Source: Gammaproteobacteria bacterium (lineage in GTDB: Bacteria > Pseudomonadota > Gammaproteobacteria > SZUA-229). Taken from it: a stretch of DNA of 64,000 bases. Location: NCBI GenBank assembly GCA_026995045.1, contig JALWPK010000042.1:12733-76732 (forward strand). The letters are read 5' to 3'. The position numbers and the translations under genes were made by a program. Every line of letters begins with the position of its first letter. Position 1 is the stretch's first letter. Of the stretch, positions 28,851-36,757 are shown one piece after another. The notes beneath the pieces were generated by a model. The model worked only from the letters and a program-made list of their open reading frames with translations. It had not been told where the DNA came from and did not search any database.

Positions 28851-30499
28851 TAGTGGATACTCAACGGCTTTGCGCCATAGGCGCGCCGTTTTGTATTATC
28901 CCTGACATATTGCGAAAGCGCGTCGGGGTAGTCGTCATATTTCCCATTTGGGAAGGCGACAATTTCGTTGACAATATCGGCGAGCCACGAAGCTTTTTTA
29001 GGGAATATAAGGGAGCCTGACTGAATGGCGGGCAATAGGTAACTTTCGACGTTGAACGCTTTTGAGCCCTTATTCTGGGCGCTCACAGGCTTTACAGGAC
29101 AGATGAATGCTTTGCTGTAGTTTTCGATTATCTGCGAACCCATGGCGGCGTCTTCGACAAGTATCACATGCGCACCGTGCGTTTTTGCCATTTTGCCTAT
29201 GATGCTTACGATCTCAAACAACGGCTTCTGAACAGCCGTTGCCTCAAGAACATAACTGGTTTTGTCTTTATAGCGCGCTACGGCGACAATCGCGGTTCTG
29301 TTCGATCCTGTTGTGCTTTTCTGAGCGGCGTCAACTGTGATTGTCACAGTTGCGTCGCCTTTTGGTAATTTGTCGTAGTATTTGAAATCACCGTGCTCGA
29401 CATAATCGCCGAGTTCGTCCATCGGTACGCCTAGATAAGTAGCACTCCACAGCGCGGGTGTCAGTGTTGTCTTGATGTTGATATAGTGTTGTGCGCCGTA
29501 GAACTCTTCCCACAGCCAATGTCCGGGTTTAACAAACTGGTGATCTTCAGAACCCTCAGCGCTGATGTTCACAATCTCATATGGCGACGGCATCGTGTCA
29601 GGGTGCTCTATAAGCATTTTTTCAACATACCCCATAGGGTCCTCTGACATCCAGCGTGTGCCGATCAACAGCACAACAGCTCCCGGCAATACACGCGGAA
29701 ATACGTCAGCAGTGAGCCACTGAATAGCGCGCCGCCGCTCTTTAGGCGACAAAGCACTCTCAGCCCCGCCAACAATGTCGTCAAGAACGATTAGATTGGC
29801 GCGTATCCCAGACGTGTTTGCGCCTACTGATCTTACTGTATAGCGGCCTCCGAAGCCATCTAGTGCCCAAAGATCAGATGATCTAAACGATGTGTCGATA
29901 CTTATATCTGGGAATATCGTCAAGTAATCTGCAGTCTTCAGCGTCTCCCTGTTCGGTATGGAGAACTCTCTACAGACAAAGTTCATTCCGTAGCCGCCAG
30001 CCAACACTTTGTGAGTTGGGTTACGGCCCATGTACCACTGAACAAAGCTCTTTGATGCGTATGAACTTTTTGCAGAACCCGGCGGCAGGCTTAACAGGAT
30101 GATCTTTGTCTTACGGCTTTCTAAGTCCTGCATCTTATTACACATATACCGGTGATGCTCCGCTGGCACTTCAGTCGGATTTATATACTCATGGTATGCT
30201 GTTATGTCGTGCTGCGCCATTGCCGCCAGCACTCTGAAGTACCGGTCTTCTTCACTCGAAAATGTCTGGAACAGATTTATGTTCGGGTGGTTATTCAGGA
30301 ATTGTTGTTCTATTGGTTTGAGATCATGCGTGGTTCTTCCTTCCTGTATTTGTGTATACAAGTCGTGCAGGAACATGACCTTGGCGCGCTCTTTCGCACG
30401 CTCAGCCCATGTGTCGAACCACAATCCCTGTGCTTTTAACTCATCTATAGATGTGAGGCGATTAGTAACCGCCTCATCGAGTAGGAGCCTTGGGGCCAT
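28847..30499 (-). CDS. terL: Terminase large subunit
   Basis: 550 aa. Walker A-like LSLPPGSAKSSYAS, Walker B-like ANLIVLDDIVGG, LLIGTRW, and a C-terminal nuclease-like half with conserved acidic residues (TVDAAQK..., VLVEDAAMG). Confidence 0.85.
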   Translation of the reverse strand: MAPRLLLDEAVTNRLTSIDELKAQGLWFDTWAERAKERAKVMFLHDLYTQIQEGRTTHDLKPIEQQFLNNHPNINLFQTFSSEEDRYFRVLAAMAQHDITAYHEYINPTEVPAEHHRYMCNKMQDLESRKTKIILLSLPPGSAKSSYASKSFVQWYMGRNPTHKVLAGGYGMNFVCREFSIPNRETLKTADYLTIFPDISIDTSFRSSDLWALDGFGGRYTVRSVGANTSGIRANLIVLDDIVGGAESALSPKERRRAIQWLTADVFPRVLPGAVVLLIGTRWMSEDPMGYVEKMLIEHPDTMPSPYEIVNISAEGSEDHQFVKPGHWLWEEFYGAQHYINIKTTLTPALWSATYLGVPMDELGDYVEHGDFKYYDKLPKGDATVTITVDAAQKSTTGSNRTAIVAVARYKDKTSYVLEATAVQKPLFEIVSIIGKMAKTHGAHVILVEDAAMGSQIIENYSKAFICPVKPVSAQNKGSKAFNVESYLLPAIQSGSLIFPKKASWLADIVNEIVAFPNGKYDDYPDALSQYVRDNTKRRAYGAKPLSIHY

Positions 30500-30728
30500 A
30501 ATTTGTTATAACTCCTATAACAAAGTTCACATTGTCGACATTTCAGTTTACGCAAGCGCAGGGACCGAAACTCTTATGTGCGTTTAAGCTCTCCTCTGAA
30601 CCTTGGGCGAGCGTGTTTAGATTATACGCTGCGTTTAAGTCTCTGTCAAGAGAAATTCCACAGCTCTTACAATTGAATTGGCGATGGCTAAGAGTCAGCT
30701 TGTCGTCGATTTGGCAACTGATGTATCG
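30500..30728 (-). repeat. Copy C of the TnpB-3'-end/omega-RNA-like cassette
   Basis: 229 bp on the minus strand, ending at the terminase ATG (30499). The antisense track ORF 30532..30756 shares the peptide ASVFRLYAAFKSLSREIPQLLQLNWRWLRVSLSS with ORF 41071..41436, which exposes the repeat. Confidence 0.9.
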
Positions 30729-30731
30729 AGA
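30543..30731 (-). pseudogene. tnpB: tnpB 3'-terminal remnant (62 codons plus stop, no start codon)
   Basis: The minus strand translates as SRYISCQIDDKLTLSHRQFNCKSCGISLDRDLNAAYNLNTLAQGSEESLNAHKSFGPCACVN*, preceded by an in-frame TGA. Confidence 0.8.
30621..30649 (-). promoter_or_regulatory. Perfect consensus sigma70 promoter TTGACA-N17-TATAAT inside copy C
   Basis: The minus strand reads tctcTTGACAgagacttaaacgcagcgTATAATctaaacacgctcgcc. The spacer was counted as 17 nt. The predicted TSS is about 115 nt upstream of the terminase ATG. Confidence 0.6.
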
Positions 30732-30841
30732 TCAAGAACAGCGCACTGTTGCATAGCGCGGGATGTCTCATTTAAGAAGCTGAAGTCCTGCCTAAGCCTT
30801 ATTGTTCATAACTTAAGCGTATTCATATAGCCTTTTATAGC

Positions 30842-33670
30842 TTATTTGTCAACCTTTTCCTCTGGGATGTATATATAACCATCCTCGATAACTATGCCCG
30901 CGTCTTCTTTGAACTTCGTCATGCGCGTAATCGTCGTAACGTCGTTGGTTACGTGCTTACCGCGTTTTGCCAGATGTGCGCCAGCGATTGTGCGTGTATT
31001 GATGACGTACTTGCCATCAATCTTCGACACTGTGTCTTTTGACACAATTGTATCCAGCGCGCCTGTCGCGCCCACAGCGACAGCGCTGTCACCGGCTAGG
31101 AAGCCGTCGAGAAAATAATCCACCGTGTCCTTTGGCGCTGTGATACGTCTGCGCCGTTCATTATTCTCGAAGGGCCTTGACAGGATTTGCCAATTCATAC
31201 CGTGATCTTCTGGGCGGAAATTGCGAAGGAAGTACTTCATCTTTCCGATGAATACAGGGTCCTGTACGCGCGCGATTTGCTCTGCCCAAAACGTCGGTGC
31301 ATTGCTGTATTTGCGATTGACGACGAAGTAGGATAAGCGCCTGTCATGATCATCAAGAACAACGACATTGTGGTTGTTGGAGGCCATGACTAAGTGGTGA
31401 AAACTGTCTATCTCAACAGAGTCCACACCCTTAGGCTCAATGCGTATCTTGTCTGACGTGATGAAGTACTTCAACTGGCCATCGTCTTTGAAGTTCAGTG
31501 TCTCCGACACCTCATCGTAAAAGACCATATGTTTACCGGCGAGGAGGGCATTGAAGTTGGAGAAAATCTCACGTTTAGCAGACGCAGCCAGTCCGAAGTC
31601 ACCGTGGGGCTCAACAAACATTGCCTTTATTAGCACACTCTTACCTGCGCCTTGGATACCTTCAAAGAACATACACGTCGGCAACTTCTTGCTTGTGAAT
31701 TGATGCGTATGGGCACACCACGCCAGCATATAGTTGAAGGCGTCTTCATCATTGCACGCAAGCACTTCTTTAAACAAGGCGAGTTCTTTGTCATAGAACT
31801 CATTCATGTCGCAGGGGATGCTTTTTATGTTGGCTTCGGGGTCATATGTGTTGAAGGTCACAAGATCAGGCATACTCCCGAACTTATGCTTCGGCGTACA
31901 AGTGATGGCTTCTATCTCAGGATATATGTACGGCAGCCTCAGCCAGTATGACACTACGTTTACGTCATTTTCTATGCGCGCGTCGAACACTCGCATACCC
32001 CTATGGAGTTCGACTAACGCCTCTTCATTATATACGCCGACGCGGGGCGCGATTGTGTTCATAGTGCGGGCCATGTCAACGTATAGCACACCAGTCAACG
32101 CCTGTTTCGCGACAACGGATTTATTGACGCGGCGCATGTTTTTATCAAGCGCTTTGAATGTGTCGATGTACGCTTTCGCATGTTCCGTACTGGTGAAGGC
32201 ATACGCCTGATCCACGAATTCTTCCACACGCACACCTGTGAAGACATCGGCAATCGTGTCGTAGTCCAACCCGTACACATCCATTAGCTTTGTGATTGGT
32301 TTACTGTAATCAGTGAGAAAATGCTGCGTAGTGATTATCCTACGCACAGCAGACGGGAGGCTACGACACTGTAGGCGATAAGCCTTCAACATGTCAGTAC
32401 GCGCAACAACGCCGTGTGTAAGCGCATCAGTGAGGGGTACAGCGGTAAACGCTAACGCATAGAGTTTATCGCTATCCGACAAGTCTCTGTCTTTGCACAG
32501 CTCTTGAAATGTCGGGATATCCTCACAGTCAAACAGAGCTTTCGACCACTTGGCGTCTGACAGTACTTTTTGTGTAAATACGTCGGCATCGTACTCACTG
32601 GCGACGGCCGGGTCAACATACTCGATTGGTTTGAACACAGCGGTGTCGTCAGGTACAAAGTTTTCCTTGACCTGTACTTCACTGAGCGGAAAGTCTAGAA
32701 TGTTCGGCGGTGCAGCGGCGCTCAGCGCGTCGAAGGACAACGTGCCATCAGTCAGTAGTCTGTGAATGAATGTAGGTGTATCACGATCGTTGCAATGTTC
32801 ATGTAAACAGCTTATCGTCGCAAAGCAATATTCATCGTTTGGCGGCGCGGCGAAACATGCTTTGTCACCGTCTCGCTGCGTGCTGTGCTCATGTTCAAAC
32901 GGGCATCTTATGTGATACCCGCCGGAATCCCTGTCGCTTATAATGATTTCAGGGCAGTTGTCGTTGATGACTTGTGCGATGTCAACAGTGCTGTTGATGT
33001 CGAACCACTCCCTAACATCCACAGTCTGGTTGTCGTGCGTAATCCACAGCGCATCGCCGCTGGCCGTGCGTCTGTTGTTTTGATGGTTTGGCGCTATGCC
33101 TGACGCCTCAACATTCTGTATGCTTAAATCCGGGACAAGCGCTTCAGCATCAATGAACGTGCTGGTGTGCTGCACTGTAGAGTTCGCAGGCTTACTTGCG
33201 ACGAAGTACATACGCTCAAGCTGATTGCTCGTTATATCATAATTTACGAAGCCTAAGCTAGCCGCTATGTGCGCGTGGAAATCCGCATACCAGCGCTGTT
33301 TTGGCTCATTGACTTTTTCAGCAAAAGGGATGACTACGCGGTATTTCGGCGTCTTGCCGTCTGACAGATGCGAATATGTAGTGTAGACATAGCTTGTTAG
33401 GTTGCCTTCACGCAGCGCTGACACAGCCACGTCAAATGGCGTAGCATTACTGGCGTCGAAGTCATACACGAGTCCAGCTACACTAATGACATTACGCTTC
33501 TTGCGGCGATTGTCTCTGAACTCAGCCATGCTGAAGCACGGCGTGCGCTCTTTCGACGGAACTTCAAGGTGACTTGTCGCCTTGAATAGCTCGGCAAACG
33601 TCTTCGTAGCGCGCCACTGATCCACAGAATACATGCTGTCGCATGTAGTTATCTTTGTAGCAATCGGCAC
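30842..33670 (-). CDS. Bifunctional primase-polymerase / SF3-type (D5/P4-like) helicase
   Basis: 942 aa. The N-terminal AEP-like region has LVYDFD and YRVVIPF. A Cys/His cluster follows (HIRCPFEHEH...CLHEHC). The C-terminal NTPase has Walker A FEGIQGAGKSV and Walker B MVFYDEV. The GTG start overlaps the sigma gene stop. Confidence 0.8.
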   Translation of the reverse strand: MPIATKITTCDSMYSVDQWRATKTFAELFKATSHLEVPSKERTPCFSMAEFRDNRRKKRNVISVAGLVYDFDASNATPFDVAVSALREGNLTSYVYTTYSHLSDGKTPKYRVVIPFAEKVNEPKQRWYADFHAHIAASLGFVNYDITSNQLERMYFVASKPANSTVQHTSTFIDAEALVPDLSIQNVEASGIAPNHQNNRRTASGDALWITHDNQTVDVREWFDINSTVDIAQVINDNCPEIIISDRDSGGYHIRCPFEHEHSTQRDGDKACFAAPPNDEYCFATISCLHEHCNDRDTPTFIHRLLTDGTLSFDALSAAAPPNILDFPLSEVQVKENFVPDDTAVFKPIEYVDPAVASEYDADVFTQKVLSDAKWSKALFDCEDIPTFQELCKDRDLSDSDKLYALAFTAVPLTDALTHGVVARTDMLKAYRLQCRSLPSAVRRIITTQHFLTDYSKPITKLMDVYGLDYDTIADVFTGVRVEEFVDQAYAFTSTEHAKAYIDTFKALDKNMRRVNKSVVAKQALTGVLYVDMARTMNTIAPRVGVYNEEALVELHRGMRVFDARIENDVNVVSYWLRLPYIYPEIEAITCTPKHKFGSMPDLVTFNTYDPEANIKSIPCDMNEFYDKELALFKEVLACNDEDAFNYMLAWCAHTHQFTSKKLPTCMFFEGIQGAGKSVLIKAMFVEPHGDFGLAASAKREIFSNFNALLAGKHMVFYDEVSETLNFKDDGQLKYFITSDKIRIEPKGVDSVEIDSFHHLVMASNNHNVVVLDDHDRRLSYFVVNRKYSNAPTFWAEQIARVQDPVFIGKMKYFLRNFRPEDHGMNWQILSRPFENNERRRRITAPKDTVDYFLDGFLAGDSAVAVGATGALDTIVSKDTVSKIDGKYVINTRTIAGAHLAKRGKHVTNDVTTITRMTKFKEDAGIVIEDGYIYIPEEKVDK

Positions 33671-34245
33671 TATAACAACTCTTTAATCAAATCCAATATC
33701 ATCCCATACTTAGCGCGTATGGCGTCTCTTGACATGTTCAGCCTATTCGAAATCTCTTCAAAAGTCAAGCCTCTTATGCTACGCATTATGAAGATGTCCA
33801 CATACTCATCGGGTAACGCCTCAAGTTTACGACTCAACAACGCTTGACTTTCGCGCATCAGTGTGTTAGACTCTGGGTCTAATTGCGTTGCACGGGCATT
33901 ACGCGCTTCCTCAATTGGGACAGTATCTACTGCACGGCGGCTTTTTGCGCATGTGTTTAGCATTCTCCCCCTAATGTGCGCGACGGCAAACGTGGTGAAA
34001 CTTGCTTGTTTAACGTTGTCCTCAGCGTACCGTCTTGCGGCGTTTAGCAGGCCGATCAAACCTTCGGCGTACAGGTCATCAGCAGATACCGCCTCATTCA
34101 CTGACGCAGACAAACGTGTGCTATAGTACAATAGGTACGGGTGCATGATCTGCACAATCTCAGAGAATAGTGCGTCTTGCTCAGTGTTTTGAAACTTAGC
34201 AATCAGTGCGCTGAGTTTCACATTCTTCGCTGTTGTTGAACTCAT
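33670..34245 (-). CDS. RNA polymerase sigma factor (sigma-70 family, ECF/group 4-like size)
   Basis: 191 aa. Region 2-like: DLYAEGLIGLLNAARRY...FTTFAVAHIRGRMLN. Region 4-like HTH: LPDEYVDIFIMRSIRGLTFEEISNRLNMSRDAIRAKY. Confidence 0.8.
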   Translation of the reverse strand: MSSTTAKNVKLSALIAKFQNTEQDALFSEIVQIMHPYLLYYSTRLSASVNEAVSADDLYAEGLIGLLNAARRYAEDNVKQASFTTFAVAHIRGRMLNTCAKSRRAVDTVPIEEARNARATQLDPESNTLMRESQALLSRKLEALPDEYVDIFIMRSIRGLTFEEISNRLNMSRDAIRAKYGMILDLIKELL

Positions 34246-34271
34246 TGTTTTATTTAATTGGACAGGTAAAA

Positions 34272-34682
34272 ATGTTTATAAGCATCCTTACACAAGTACT
34301 AGGTTTTTTAGGCGGCGGCGCTTTGAAAAGTATCATGCGTCACCTCGATAAAAAGGCTGAACTGGCCAACGACGTCAAGAGGTTAGAAACAGAGGTCGTC
34401 AAAAAAGCGATTGATGCAGAGCTTGAGCTACGTAAAGTGAATGCTGAAATTGTGAAGGTTGAGCAGGGATGGTGGCTTACAGCGCTTATCAGACCAATGT
34501 TTGCTCTTCCGTTCATATTCTATGTGTGGTTCGCCGCTATAGATGTCATCTTTGATATGGGCTGGAACTTGAGACCTTTACCGGCTTCAGTAATGGAATG
34601 GGGCGGCTGGATTGTCGGCGCATACTTCCTGTCAAGGCCACTGGAAAAAGCATGGCGGGGATATATGCACCGACGCAAGTAA
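34272..34682 (+). CDS. Membrane protein, possible 3-TM holin (GTA-type holin-like)
   Basis: The track ORF starts at 34233; I prefer the ATG at 34272 (MFISILTQVLGFLGGGAL...). It has hydrophobic segments at the N-terminus, at WWLTALIRPMFALPFIFYVWFAAIDVIF and at WGGWIVGAYFL, with a coiled-coil linker. It is the only plus-strand gene inside the minus arm. Confidence 0.45.
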   Translation: MFISILTQVLGFLGGGALKSIMRHLDKKAELANDVKRLETEVVKKAIDAELELRKVNAEIVKVEQGWWLTALIRPMFALPFIFYVWFAAIDVIFDMGWNLRPLPASVMEWGGWIVGAYFLSRPLEKAWRGYMHRRK

Positions 34683-34709
34683 TGTAGCACAGACTTAAAA
34701 AAATGTCAA

Positions 34710-36197
34710 TTAGTGAAACACGATTGTGCGCGCGCCATTTCGATACATAACAACGCTCGCGTGAGCCCATGAACTCAGCCCCACATTGTAGCCCATATCC
34801 AATTGAGACAAAGTGCCTGCAACAAATACGCCTTCATGCACAAACGGACTGTGCGTGTGTGCTGATATCGTTTTCTTCCCCATGCGTGTAAAACTCATAG
34901 GCGTTGCGCGTGCTCCATTCGCGCCGTTGTGACCATGTATGCCGAGTTCGACGCCATTAACAACATAGCTCTCATCCTGCTTCAGCAATTTTATGCGTCG
35001 TCTGTACGATGGATTGCAGTGCACGCCACCGAGCGATATCATTGCCCAATGAAGCGCGTTCGGTGAACTAACGCCTCGGCGAGCTGCGCGGAACCTGTAA
35101 AGTTCGCATTGCAGGAAAAGCTCCGTGTTCTTGTGGTCTGTTTTATAATCGCAATTGTCGAGCCAATAGTCGAAGTGATAATCGTGGTTGCTGTCAACAA
35201 CAACGATGTCTGTGTCTGGATGTGTGTCGCTTAAGTCTTTAAGCCAACTACACACCTCGATAATTGTCTCGTCAATTGGTTGATCTGTATCAGGGTGCCA
35301 GTACTGTGTGTGGCGCTTCAGCGCGTCATTCATGCTGTACTTGGCGCGTGCTGAGAAGTCAAACACGTCGTGAAGCGCAATAGTCCGGGGTTTGAGCCGC
35401 TTGCATAGCTTAAGCGCCGCAGTAACCGCGCGTCTGTCACGCCTCTCAAAGTGGATGTCACCAAGTACCACAGCTTCAGCAGTGCCTTCTTTTGGCTTAG
35501 TAACAACGCCATGGTTTACAAAATATTGCATGTCATAAAAGCTGCCGTCATCATCGGCTCTAATGCTGCGTACACCGCGCTTGTCGAGAACAACCGCACC
35601 TATACAGTGATGATAACCGGCGCGCACGCCGATCTTTGTGGTGAGGTTGTAGTCAGGTAACGTACAAGCGCCGGTTGTCTGAATGATCTTCGGCGGCTCA
35701 CCTTTCTGCCTTGGAATACTCGCCAGACAAATCTTGGTGTGCGCGAACACAGCGGAACGTGCGCCGCTGAATGTTTCCATACCGACTAGCGGCTTAACGC
35801 TGGTAGGATTAATGGCTACGTTACTACACACTTCTGTGTTCGTTGGCTCATGTATGATGTTATCGACAGCCTCCTTGCCGAGCACAACAAGCTCAGCCTT
35901 TATACGCACAGCGTAAGCCCGCAGATTTGTCATGAATGTTTCATGTGTATGTGCGTCATCACCTGCTGCAAATGTCACTAGCAAGTTCTTGTGCGTGGTT
36001 CGTGTGTTGTGCGGTTGTGCGCTGGCAACTGTACGGTGCCACATATCTTCATGGATGTTTGACAAGCGTCGCCTAAGTGTTGTGCGCGGTACACCCAACG
36101 CCTTAGCCGTTAGTGTTTTATTGCCGTCGAAGGTGTTGAGGCGTGCCAGCACATCGGCATCGCTAAGTTCCTCCATGCGTGTGTTACGTTTTGTCAC
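34710..36197 (-). CDS. HTH domain + calcineurin-like metallophosphoesterase
   Basis: 495 aa. The N-terminal HTH is LTAKALGVPRTTLRRRL. Phosphoesterase motifs are VVLGDIHF, LHDVFD, VDSNHD, GIHGHNG and AHTHSP. Confidence 0.7.
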   Translation of the reverse strand: MTKRNTRMEELSDADVLARLNTFDGNKTLTAKALGVPRTTLRRRLSNIHEDMWHRTVASAQPHNTRTTHKNLLVTFAAGDDAHTHETFMTNLRAYAVRIKAELVVLGKEAVDNIIHEPTNTEVCSNVAINPTSVKPLVGMETFSGARSAVFAHTKICLASIPRQKGEPPKIIQTTGACTLPDYNLTTKIGVRAGYHHCIGAVVLDKRGVRSIRADDDGSFYDMQYFVNHGVVTKPKEGTAEAVVLGDIHFERRDRRAVTAALKLCKRLKPRTIALHDVFDFSARAKYSMNDALKRHTQYWHPDTDQPIDETIIEVCSWLKDLSDTHPDTDIVVVDSNHDYHFDYWLDNCDYKTDHKNTELFLQCELYRFRAARRGVSSPNALHWAMISLGGVHCNPSYRRRIKLLKQDESYVVNGVELGIHGHNGANGARATPMSFTRMGKKTISAHTHSPFVHEGVFVAGTLSQLDMGYNVGLSSWAHASVVMYRNGARTIVFH

Positions 36198-36757
36198 AGA
36201 TTGCTCTCCTGCGCTACATTAGATAGACGTGTTGCGAGTTCGCAAACAACCGCATTTTGCTTCTTCAACGATGGTGACAGGCGTGGCACATATTGCCATG
36301 TGTTAATGTCGAATGCGACGACGCCGCTTCCGGTGCTTGATATAACCTTTGATGCAGCCACAACGGATGCTGCTGGATCATGGCACTCTCGCATAGCTGC
36401 GCTTGCGGCAACCGCACCGGAGCCCTCACATAGATAACCGCTGTTACGCTTAAGCACAATCGGATACGGTGTCACACTCGCACCCTCGCAAACCCACACT
36501 ACAGATGGGTCACTACGAAGACGCCACACAATTGTGGATTGATCACCGTCGGCGACGGTGCGCGGCACATGTTCCAATGGGACGTTGGCTAGTATAGCAT
36601 AGACTATAGGATGTGATGCCGACAATGAACCTGAAAAGGCACACACAACTTCGTCGTTTGAAAATATCTTCAAAAACGGCGTGCCAAGGCGCAGGTCACC
36701 GGCGTTGACCTGTGTATCGGCGGCAATTGTGTTGTAGTCCATTGCAATTGTCGTCAT
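36194..36757 (-). CDS. HslV/proteasome-like Ntn-hydrolase peptidase (putative)
   Basis: 187 aa beginning MTTIA (Thr directly after Met, as in HslV TTIV...). It has a Lys around position 30 (FLKIF) and EGSGAVAASAAM, comparable to the HslV GSGGxxAxAAA segment. Confidence 0.55.
   Translation of the reverse strand: MTTIAMDYNTIAADTQVNAGDLRLGTPFLKIFSNDEVVCAFSGSLSASHPIVYAILANVPLEHVPRTVADGDQSTIVWRLRSDPSVVWVCEGASVTPYPIVLKRNSGYLCEGSGAVAASAAMRECHDPAASVVAASKVISSTGSGVVAFDINTWQYVPRLSPSLKKQNAVVCELATRLSNVAQESNL

Noticed and set aside
30500-30532. ECF-sigma-type promoter GAACTT-N16-ACAAA at the 3' end of cassette copies B-D, a possible target of the phage sigma factor.
   Set aside because: With normal -10-to-TSS spacing, transcription would start at or after the ATG, which lies 2 nt after the putative -10. 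The mRNA would therefore lack the start codon. The -10-like part is also not conserved in copies A and D.
30532-30756. Plus-strand ORFs 30532..30756 and 41071..41436 share the peptide ASVFRLYAAFKSLSREIPQLLQLNWRWLRVSLSS. They could be taken for a duplicated small gene.
   Set aside because: They are the antisense reading of cassette copies C and D. The sense strand carries the TnpB-like remnant and the promoter. The shared peptide is a by-product of the DNA repeat, and neither ORF has an SD or a conserved start context.
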